Shown here: piece after piece, positions 1-10,988 of the stretch
Position numbering within the stretch: position 1 is the stretch's first letter
Layout of the letters: each line of letters starts with the position of its first letter
From: Mytilus trossulus
Lineage: Eukaryota
DNA: 64,000 bases
Direction: 5' to 3'
Assembly: GCF_036588685.1 (NCBI RefSeq)
Contig: NC_086378.1
Span: forward strand, 55,986,001 to 56,050,000
The notes under the pieces: model-generated
The model's database searches: none
Seen by the model: the letters and a program-made list of their open reading frames with translations, nothing else
Told to the model about the DNA's origin: nothing
Position numbers and translations under genes: made by a program

Positions 1-386
1 AAAAGGATTGACCTTGAGGCACAACATGTGAATTATGTTTTAGCAGTTAACAAGCAGATGCATCTCCTTGTATTTTACACCACAAATAGAATTCCTGCTT
101 TATGCATCTACAGTTATACAAACTTTATCCCTTATAAAATAATTTGGAAATATGTGCATTATGTCCTAGCTATACCAGATAAGAGCATGTAGCAACATCT
201 TTTGGGTTACTCCACAGTTACGCCCAGGAAAAACGAAAAACAGAAACATCTTTTAGAACTGAATCCCACTGTCCTCTTATTTAAATGTGTTTTAAATCGG
301 CATTATTTGTGAGAAAGTATTTAAACTTTAAAATCATAGAAAGAACAGCTTTAATGAATTTTATTATTTTTTTTAATATATATATA

Positions 387-894
387 TGTTCCAGACCGTA
401 AGAGTATTTGGACCGTACGCGTACGGTCTGGACCGTATGCGTACTTTTTCAAAATACTCATACGGTCGGACCGTACGCGTACGGTCTGACTAATTTAAGG
501 AATTTGGTCAAGTTTATTAGATACACATGCATATAACAGATCAACATAACTTAACTCTCAAATTAATATAAAAAAAAATCATTTGTAATTGAATTAAAAA
601 CTTCATATTTTAATTATTTAAAAAAATCATGCTAATTAAATATATTAATCTGTATTTAGCATGTCGATTTGTAATACATTAATTGAATTATGATTACTGA
701 AATTGAAGATATCAGAATTAAACATAATGTGGGAGGACAATTGTTTAGAATATTTAGCAACTTTACCCCCAAAAAATGCTAATGCAAATGAACAAGCATG
801 AACTGCAAACACGTAAATGTATTGGACCGTACGAGTATACGTATACGGTCCGGACCGTACACGTACGGTCCAAATACTCATATGGTCTAAAACA
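387..894. mobile_element. MITE with ~60-bp internally palindromic TIRs (TGTT...AACA) inside a (TA)n tract
   Basis: Left end tgttccagaccgtaagagtatttggaccgtacgcgtacggtctggaccgta matches the reverse complement of the right end (...tacggtccggaccgtacacgtacggtccaaatactcatatggtctaaaaca). It is flanked by (TA)n on both sides. A second, degenerate copy lies at 31840-32235. Confidence 0.8.
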
Positions 895-3750
895 TATATA
901 TATATGATATCAATCAGTTTCATTTCCATAACGACTTAACAGAAGAAGAAAGTAAATAGGAAACATTTCTGTGTAACATTATACGAGAATCATTATATTT
1001 ACTAATAAAATATTGCAAGCGACTGTATAATTAGTGTGTAGTTTATGTATTTAATGTAAATATACACCGTTACGTTCTCACGGTCAAAACATATATTTTG
1101 TATAGCCAGAAAAACAAATGTACGGGAATTTCTCGCTACATTGAAGACCTGTTGGTGACCTTCTGCTGTTGTATTTTTTTATTTTGGTCGGGTTGTTGTC
1201 TCTTTGACACATTCCCCATTTCCATTCTCAATTTTATACCATAGGACGTGAACGGAAAAACAGGGTTCCTGTATTATTGTCAAAACAACTTGATAAGTTC
1301 GCCCTTTTACAAGTGTTACCGCTTCTAAGCTTTCAACTTGCCTCAAAACTAAATAAATGGTTAACATTTGTTGTTCTTCCAAAAAGTGTATATAGAAAGT
1401 TCTTTATCTTTCTTGTTTGTTATCAGCCCGTTTTCGGATGATGAATGATTCAGTTATTATCGCATTCAAAAGGAGGGTTAGCAGTAGCTTTAAAATTCAT
1501 TTTAACTATGGATCTATCAGATTTCCCAACCACAGAGCAGAACAAGAAAAGTATAGTTTAACATGATATATAAGTGGTCTAGTGTTCCGGTAAAATGCAT
1601 ATTTATCATAATATAGATTTGAACATTCAATAAGGTAGACAACAAAACTAGTGAATTGGTTGTTGTCTTTCTGTAACCAAAAACTTCTATTTATTTCAAT
1701 GAAAAAGTTTCTTGTTTTTAAATTTCCAAATTTATTGTAGACTGTCAAGTGCCAGCAGTTTGTTTAATGAAGGTATGATTCATTAACTTTAGACTTCGAG
1801 TGAAACTATTTGTATAATAAAAAAACACCTTAATTTTTCTCATTAAGAATCATCAATTTATATACGTAAACAAAGGAATTCGTTTGTAAGTGTAAAAATT
1901 AAATAAAATATCATCCTTAATGACAGTCAAAATTTCGGAGAGGGTGGGAGCATTTCCTATTTACAAGATGATAAGACATGCCGCTAGAATAGGATTTTTT
2001 TTTCGGCTTGAAAAGCCCTGTTTTTTTCACAGCCGAAAGTCTTGTCGTTAGTAATTTTCAAACATACCCCACGAAACGCAACCAATATTGGAAAAGGTTA
2101 CAATTGTATCTACGCAATATATGAAAAGGTATACATATTTATGATTTAAATTCTATGACAAGGGTGGGGATAACGGAACCCCAGCGAAACACCCTATACA
2201 TAAAGCATTGAAGTGCCCTTCCCTCCCCCGACAAAATAGCTTATCTGAAATGTACAACATCTTCTTGCCACTATACATTATGTAATGTGTTATCATCTTA
2301 GATCAAACCGACGAGTAAAGGCATTACTCGTCCATCCAAAACTATATTTAAATATAGCCTAGATGCATGAGAAGACTAGGTTTCTAGACACGGTATAGGT
2401 GCTGTTTCCAATATTACTTAAAAGCCGGGATTCAAATCCGGCTAAGAGAAGACACAAATATTGGCTACTGCAGATATATACATATTTAGCAAACCTAGCA
2501 GCGAAAACCTTACAAGATTTCCTAGAGACTAAAAAAAATTTATTTTTATGATTTGATACTAAGCACATCTTTCAACATACTAGGTAAAACTATTTAGATA
2601 TGCACAAAACGTTCACAGTATTTATCAACAGATGAAGTGTTTACTGAAAAAGCAAAATGGACTGAAACGTCGCCATGCGACATTATCAAAACGTCATTTT
2701 TTTAAAATGAGCAAATACAATATGTTAAAAGTATTCATTTAAAAAAAAATGAAGAGTAAACATGGACTTATATCCAATTGTTAAAAATAATTGAAGAAAT
2801 TAAACAAAAGCTGTGTTGACGATATAAATTTAGACTTTTGACGATATAAATTTAAGCATGGATGCAATTTGGGTACCCCTCATTTCAGAATCATTGATGG
2901 TTTGGAGGTCAGTTTAGACCAATTTTTCTATGATTCAATATGGAATAAAAATCAAATTGGTGTATCTTTATAATAAAGAAGGATACGGCTACAAAATAAA
3001 CACAGAATGGACATTTTTGTCTTTATCATAAAAAAACGTAGATGAAAAAACTGTCAAAATAGTTGCAATTTGGGTACCGTCACGTTAAATATATTAAAAA
3101 TTAAATACACAAAATAACTTTAAAATGATAATTTGAAAAGAGGTGTAAATGTGATTGGTTTACTTCCAGTGATGTTTTGTTCCTTACTTGCAATGACGTG
3201 TCATATGAAATGCTGTCAAAGTACTAGACAGGATAAAACTTTACTCATGCAAAATATTTCTTCGTTTGAAACAGAGATAAATTCTGCAAAATTTTAAAAG
3301 TGAAAATTTAACAAAGTCTATTATTAGGGAAAGTCAATGGTGGTATTATTACAACTCGTGACATACATATGCCGTAACAAATAAGTATCTCAATGAAATG
3401 AACACAAAGTATGCAATGCTGTACTGTGCGCAGTTAATCGCATAGGCTTTACGAAATTGTCAACATACTATGAATTTTGCAGTTTATTAGTTTATAATTG
3501 TCTATGACATATTGAGAACGGTCAATAAATGATGCACTGCAAATAATATAATGGTTGTGTGTCGTTAGGCTGATAATTTAATACATCTGACGCTCGTTTC
3601 ATTTCAATCAGATTCATCCTGTGGCTTCGGAAAAATTCTTGAAAGGTCTATATCAATGATTGTGTTTTTAAAGCATAAAAATATAAAGAACAGAATTCCA
3701 AAGCGTTATTCAAACTTTTGCTAAGTTCATCAACGTATGATAAAGAAAAC

Positions 3751-4077
3751 CTAAGTGTTAAGTATGATGCTAGGATTAAATCTAAGTGTGGTACGTATGA
3801 TGCCAGGATTTAATCTAAGTGTGGTACGTATGATGCCAGGATTAAAACTAAGTGTGGTACGTATGATGCTAGGATTTAATCTAAGTGTTGTACGTATGAT
3901 GCTAGGATTTAATCTAAGTGTTGTACGTATGAAACTAGAATTTAATCTAAGTGTTGTACGTATGATGCTAGTATTTAATCTAAGTGTTGTACGTATGATG
4001 CCAGTATTAAATCTAAGTGTGGTACGTATTACTAGGAATTAATCTAAGTGTGGTACGTAGGATGCTAGGATTCAATC
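3751..4077 (+). repeat. 33-bp satellite array, left part (unit ctaagtgtggtacgtatgatgctaggatttaat)
   Basis: About 10 tandem copies are directly visible. Confidence 0.95.
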
Positions 4078-5019
4078 GGTTACACGCCATTATTCCGACA
4101 GCCCATTAGTCCGACAGCCCATTGGTCCGACAACCCATTAGTCCGACAACCCAATAGTCCGACAACCCATTGATCCGACAGCCCAATACTCCGACAACCC
4201 ATAAGTCCGACATTTAACAAGTCAGTACCAGGGTATCAGGTGAAAATAAAATGTGTCTGTCTGTATTATATTACGTCTAGATATGTAGTAACATATTTTA
4301 AGAAATAATTCCGTATATATATAAAATAAGGCTTAGGTTGTTCGAATACTTTCTATATACTCAATTCGAAATCTGTATATAGAATATAACAGAAAAGAAT
4401 ACGTCATTTTCCAAACTAAAGGCTCTTTAAAGAACATATAAATCAAGAACAACCATTGAGGGTACGAGCTGCTGATGATACCCCCGCCCAAACATTTCGG
4501 TAAACGGGAAATGTTTGAGTTGTGAATCATTGAATTGTAGTTTCTGAGAAAAATGTGACGACAATTTTCAACTTGGCTGTCATGTAATGAGTAATGAATT
4601 TGAAAACGCATCACACGACATAGCCAACTTCAATAAACCTTTCAGAAATCCTTGTAATGTAGTTCCTGAAAAAGATGCAACGAAAATATTTATGGAACGG
4701 GCGGACGAACTGACGGATGGACAGACAGAGATAAAACAGTATACGTCCACTTTTTCAAAGCGGCGGTCTAATGATTGGGTCAATATTCCTGACATTAAGA
4801 CATTACAATACTTGATATAATTATCTTTAAAGCACTATAAGCCTCAGTTACCAAGACAAAATACAAAAAAGCAACTAACACATTGATATCAAATAATAGT
4901 CGGTATCAAGACATGTACTATATAATTCAAAAGATCTAACAATGTAATCATCATCCCCCCCCCCCCCCAATAATAGTAAAGTTTTCTTGTGTTAATATCG
5001 AAAATTTATCATATTTATC

Positions 5020-5150
5020 TTACTTTTTAAAGTTCTTACATGTGCTAGAAATATGGTGAAAGAGTTCCTCCCTCAAATTTTTATGAAGTGAGCATTCGAT
5101 TAAAAAATAACTCTCATCCTCAACTTTATCAGCTGTACAAGTATCTAGCA
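5020..5150 (-). mobile_element. Fragment of non-LTR retrotransposon C-terminal zinc-binding region (degenerate)
   Basis: Translation CTADKVEDESYFLIECSLHKNLREELF resembles the C..EDE.HF...C..Y..LR motif at the end of LINE ORF2 proteins. Confidence 0.45.
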
Positions 5151-5704
5151 TTTTCAATTCTTTTAAAATGTAATGGAAGAGCACCGATTGTGAATTAACA
5201 TATGAACTACCTTTCTTAAAATCAATAATATCTAAATATTTTTCTTCTTCTTGAAAACAATCTTTAAATGAAAAATAAGTGTCAAATTTCCAACAAAACA
5301 CATAATGTACCAAGTTTCTTTAAATAAAAAATAAGTGTCAAATTTCCAACAAAACAAATAATGTACCAAGTTTTTAAAATTAGACAATTTGACAAAGACA
5401 CAAGCAGGACAAGAATGTCACACATTGTCTTAGTTTTTTTACTAGTTTGTTATTGGCTTTCATACTGCAGTCATTCTATTTGAGCAGTCAAAATGCGTTT
5501 ACTGTATATTTCTGCGACAAAACTAATTTAAATAAAACTCAGATGATTGATACAAGGAGAGAAAGTGTTGCGACCAAAGAGGGTGGGTAGTGTTATTCAA
5601 CTCCGATATATTTATTTATGTAGTTAATAGTAGGGGAAACCTCACTCCCCTGATACACGAATGGGGGGACCGAAGATCTAGTTAAGTCTTAGATGCATGA
5701 CTTT

Positions 5705-6220
5705 TTTTATTAGTTGTTAGTGGCTTTGAACTAGCTTTCAGATAACGGCGAGAACTCTCAGATCTGTTCCTAGTGTCTTTTTGTTGTCGGGATGTACAAG
5801 TACCCGGCCACGTCCACTTGTATTTTTGTCCATCTGATGAGTTTAACCTTTTTCAACAGATTTTTATAGTTCGTTCTTATGTTGTACTGTTATACCACTG
5901 TCGCAGGTTAGGGGAAGGGTTTAGATCCGGCTAACATGTTAAACCCCGCCACATTATTTATGTATGTGCCGGTCACAAGTCAGGAGCCTGTAATCCAGTG
6001 GGTGTTGTTTGTTTATGTGTTACATTTTTGTTTTTCGTTCATATTTTAATACAAATAAGGTACTTTTTTACATTTTCATATCGGGGCCTTTTATAGTTGA
6101 CTATGCGGTATGGGCTTTGCTCATTGTTGAAAGCTGTACGGTGACCTACAATTGTTAATGTCTTTGTCATGTTGGTCTCTTGTGGATAGTTGTGTCATTG
6201 GCAAGCATACCACATCTTCT
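5705..6220 (+). repeat. Abundant dispersed repeat family (~500 bp), ending ...cattggcaatcataccacatcttct
   Basis: Similar copies lie at ~11368-11905, ~19005-19360 and ~57832-58075, with reverse partial copies at ~29540-29795 and ~51413-51552. Confidence 0.8.
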
Positions 6221-6642
6221 AATTTAAAAAGAGATAGATCAAGCCACACATGCAAAAATTAGCGAAATAGAACAGCACAGATTGATATTGGACATACAAA
6301 CAACGAAATATAAAGATAGATGAAGTACCTTGACACGTAAAACGAATATTGGACGAGGATAAGGACTGAGCAGTTGCTATAAGCATGTGTATCAACTCAA
6401 TATACTGAGACAAATATCCCGCATGGAAAGAATATTTCTAATCAAGACGGACAACCACACATACCATAGAGGACGGAGTTGGTCTTTTTAGAGAAAATTT
6501 ACCCATACCATAAGAAAAACGCATTGTCGGAATAATGGGCTGTCGGAGTAATGGGTTGTCGGAATAATGGGCTGTCGGAATAGTGGGCTGTCGGAGTAAT
6601 GGGCTGTCGGAATAATGGTTGTCGGACTAATGGGATGTCACC

Positions 6643-9600
6643 ATTCAATCTAAGTGTGGTACGTATGATGCCAGGATTAAATCTAAGTGTGGACGTATGA
6701 TGCTAGGATTTAATCTAAGTGTGGTACGTATGATGCTAGGATTTAATCTAAGTGTGGTACGTATGATGCTAGGATATAATCTAAGTGTTGTACGTATGAT
6801 GCTAGGAGTTATTCTAAGTGTGGTACGTAGGATGCTAGGATTTAATCTAAGTGTGTAACGTATGATGCTAGGATTTAATCTAAGTGTTGTACGTATGATG
6901 CTAGGATTTAATCTAAGTGTGGTACGTATGATACTAGGATTTAATCTAAGTATGGTACGTATGATGCTAGGATTAAATCTATAAGTGTGTCATGTATGAT
7001 ACTAGTATTTAATCTAAGTGTGGTATGTATGATGCTAATATTTAATCTAAGTGTGGTACGTATGATGCCAGGATTAAATCTAAGTGTGGTACGTATGATG
7101 CTAGGATTTATTCATAGTGTGTTACGTATGATATTAGGATTAAAAATAAATGTGTTACGTATGATGCTAGGATTTAATCTAAGTGTGTTACGTATGATAC
7201 TAGGATTAAATCTAAGTGTGTTACATATGATGCTAGGATTAAATCTAAGTGTGGTACATATGATGCTAGGATTTAATCTAAGTGTGTTACGTATGATGCT
7301 AGGATTTAATCTAAGTATGGTACGTATGATGCTAGGATTTAATCTAAGTGTGGTACGTATGATGCTAGGATTAAAACTAAGTGTGTCATGTATGATACTA
7401 GGATTTAATATAAGTGTGGTATGTATGATGCTAGGATTTAATCTAAGTGTGGTACGTATGTTGCTAGGATTTAATCTTAGTGTGGCACGTATTATGCTAG
7501 GATTTAATCTAAGTGTGTTACATATGATGCTAAGATTTAATCTAAGTGTGTTACGTATGATGCTAGGATTAAATCTAAGTGTGGTACATATGATGCTAGG
7601 ATTTAATCTAAGTGTGTTACGTATGATGCTAGGATCTAATCTAAGTGTGTTACGTATGATGCTAGGATTAAATCTAAGTGTGTTACGTATGATGCTAGGA
7701 TTTAATCTAAGTATGGTACGTATGATGCTAGGATTTAATCTTAGTGTGGCACGTATGATGCTAGGATTTAATCTAAGTGTTACGTATGATGCTAGGATTA
7801 AATCTAAGTATGTTACGTATGATGCTAGGATTTAATTTAAGTGTGGTACGTATGATGCTAGGATTTAATCTAAGTGTGGCACGTATGATGCTGGGATTTA
7901 ATCTAAGTGTGGTACGTATGATGATCTATGATGCTAGGATTTAATCTAAGTGTGGTACGTATGATGATCTATGATGCTAGGATTTTATCTAAGTGTGGTA
8001 CGTATGATGGTAGGATTTAATCTTTGTGTGGTACGTTTGATGATCTATGATGCTAGGATTAAATCTAAGTGTGTTACGTATGATTCTAGGATTTAATCTA
8101 AGTGTGGTTCGTATGATGATCTATGATGCTAGGATTAAATCTAAGTGTGTTACGTATGATGCTAGGATTTAATCTAAGTGTGGTACGTATGATGCTAGGA
8201 TTTAATCTAAGTGTGGTACGTATGATGATCTATGATCCTAGGATTTAATCTAAGTGTGGTACGTATGATGGTCTATGATGCTAGGAATTATTGTAAGTGT
8301 GGTACGTATGATGCTAGGATTTAATCTTTGTGTGGTACGTATGATGATCTATGATGCTAGGATTAAATCTAAGTGTGTTACGTATGATTCTAGGATTTAA
8401 TCTAAGTGTGGTACGTATGATGATCTATGATGCTAGGATTAAATCTAAGTGTGTCATGTATGATACTAGGATTTAATCTAAGTGTGTAACGTATGATGCT
8501 AGGATTTAATCTAAGTGTGGTACGTATGATGCTAGGATTTAATCTAAGTGTGGTACGTATGATGCTAGGATTAAATCTATAAGTGTGTCATGTATGATAC
8601 TAGGATTTAATCTAAGTGTGGTATGTATGATGCTAATATTTAATCTAAGTGTGGTACGTATGATGCCAGGATTAAATCTAAGTGTGGTTAGTATGATGCT
8701 AGGATTTATTCATAGTGTGTTACGTATGATATTAAGATTAAAATAAATGTGTTACGTATGATGCTAGGATTTAATCTAAGTGTGTTACGTATGATACTAG
8801 GATTAAATCTAAGTGTGTTACATGTGATGCTAGGATTAAATCTAAGTGTGGTACATATGATGCTAGGATTTAATCTAAGTGTGTTACGTATGATGCTAGG
8901 ATCAAATCTAAGTGTGGTACGTATGATGCTAGGATTTAATCTAAGTATGGTACGTATGATGCTAGGATTCAATCTAAGTGTGGTACGTATGATGCTAGGA
9001 TTAAAACTAAGTGTGTCATGTATGATACTAGGATTTAATCTAAGTGTGGTATGTATGATGCTAGGATTTAATCTAAGTGTGGTACGTATGTTGCTAGGAT
9101 TTAATCTAAGTGTGGCACGTATTATGCTAGGATTTAATCTAAGTGTGGTACATATGATGCTAGGATTTAATCTAAGTGTGTTACGTATGATGCTAGGATT
9201 TAATCTAAGTATGGTACGTATGATGCTAGGATTTAATTTTAGTGTGGCACGTATGATGCTAGGATTTAATCTAAGTGTGTTACGTATGATGCTGGGATTA
9301 AATCTAAGTATGTTACGTATGATGCTAGGATTTAATTCAAGTGTGGTACGTATGATGCTAGGATTTAATCTAAGTGTGGCACGTATGATGATCTATGATG
9401 CTAGGATTAAATCTAAGTGTGGTACGTATGATGCTAGGATTTAATCTAAGTGTGGTACGTATGATGATCTATGATGCTAGGATTTAATCTAAGTGTGTTA
9501 CGTATGATTCTAGGATTTAATCTAAGTGTGGTACGTATGATGATCTATGATGCTAGGATTAAATCTTAGTGTGTTACGTATGATGCTAGGATTTAATCTA

Positions 9601-10355
9601 AGTGTGGTACGTATGATGCTAGAATCTAATCTAAGTGTGGTACGTATTATGATATATGATGCTAGGATTAAATCTAAGTTGGTCATGTATGATACTAGGA
9701 TTTAATCTAAGTGTGGTACGTATGATGCTAGGATTTTATCTTAGTGTGGTACGTATGATGATCTATGATGCTAGGATTAAATCTAAGTGTGTTACGTATG
9801 ATTCTAGGATTGAATCTAAGTGTGGTACGTATGATGATCTATGATGCTAGGATTAAATCTAAGTGTGTTACGTATGATGCTAGGATTTAATCTAAGTGTG
9901 GTACGTATGATGCTAGAATTTAATCTAAGTGTGGTACGTATTATGATATATGATGCTAGGATTAAATCTAAGTGGGTCATGTATGATACTAGGATTTAAT
10001 CTAAGTGTGGTACGTATGATGCTAGGATTTTATCTTAGTGTGGTACGTATGATGATCTATGATGCTAGGATTAAATCTAAGTGTGTTACGTATGATGCTA
10101 GGATTTAATCTAAGTGTGGTACGTATGATGCTAGAATTTAATCTAAGTGTGGTACGGATTATGATCTTTGATGCTAGGATTAAATCTAAGTGTGTCATGT
10201 ATGATACTAGGATTTAATCTAAGTGTGGTACGTATGATGCTAGGATTTAATCTAAGTGTAGTACGTATGATGCTAGGATTTAATCTAAGTGTGGTCCGTA
10301 TGATGCTAGGATTTAATCTAAGTGTGGTACGTATGATGATCTATGATTTAATCTA
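6643..10355 (+). repeat. 33-bp satellite array, main part, with 43-bp variant units and higher-order repeats
   Basis: About 100 tandem units. From ~7915 onward some units carry a 10-bp insertion (gatctatgat). Diagnostic variants recur with a 1598-bp period. Confidence 0.95.
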
Positions 10356-10956
10356 AATTATCAAAACGAAACAAACTTTATATATTTAACGCGTCCGAGT
10401 CGCTTTGCTGGATTAAACTTCATCCGAAACGCTGAAAGCCAAATGTTCCAAACCAAATAAAAATAAGATTCGAAACAGTTTGAAAGCTTCACGAACTAAA
10501 ACGATTATGCCAATAACAGTTTAAATTTGAACTTGTCAGTATTAATGATAATGCATGTATATCAGGAAAGAAACCACATTTTTTATCCTTTTCATAGTTA
10601 GAGACACAACCTATACCATTTGTAAAACTGAACGAGTGCATGTTAAAAAATTGATGCAGAACACAAAAATGATAAGGAACAAAGCTTTCTATTGTTGTTC
10701 TTCATCTCAACGTTACAAGGATGCCTTCAACATGGAGCAAACCTACTCTTTCTTCACTGAACGTTTTAGAAGGTCCCTATCACCAGTTTCACTGGACATC
10801 TTAACCAATAGACGTTCTGATTACAAAGGATGCTAATAAATCAAAACAGATTAATTGTTTAATCGTATAAGTTATCATCAAAACACCTTCTTTGATTCAT
10901 AAAAAAAGTGTAATGTATAGGCAGTTAGTTAAAAGTATAAACAGTGACATTAGTTA

Positions 10957-10988
10957 ATGATTATTGTAGGACGTCTGCATGCAGATAG
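10957..10988 (+). CDS. Caspase-like gene, putative coding exon 1 (MIIVGRLHAD-R)
   Basis: ATG with an in-frame TAG just upstream and a strong donor AG|gtaagt. Its phase 2 matches the acceptor at 12650. There is no homology support. Confidence 0.55.

Larger units (their letters stand above)
4078..6642. mobile_element. Non-autonomous foldback-like DNA transposon (GG...CC ends, 8-bp TSD ATTCAATC, inverted arrays of ~17-bp subterminal repeats)
   Basis: Left end ggttacacgccattattccgaca versus the reverse complement of the right end, ggtgacatcccattagtccgaca. Subterminal cccattagtccgaca(a/g) repeats at 4086-4212 are inverted at 6526-6634. ATTCAATC is present at 4070-4077 and 6643-6650. No transposase ORF is seen. 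Confidence 0.85.

Noticed and set aside
1124-1133. NF-kB-like site gggaatttct
   Set aside because: It lies inside a dispersed repeat far from any supported promoter, and such a match is expected by chance.
2860-3087. Possible TTAA-ended DNA transposon end (gcaatttgggtaccgtcacgttaa)
   Set aside because: No matching opposite TIR could be found in the window.
6987-10356. Long ORFs (282, 231, 88 aa and others, plus 3755-4042) with MMLGFNLSVVR repeats
   Set aside because: They are translations of a 33-bp (11-codon) satellite. Frequent 2-bp and 10-bp indels break the frame, and there is no sign of codon-level constraint.
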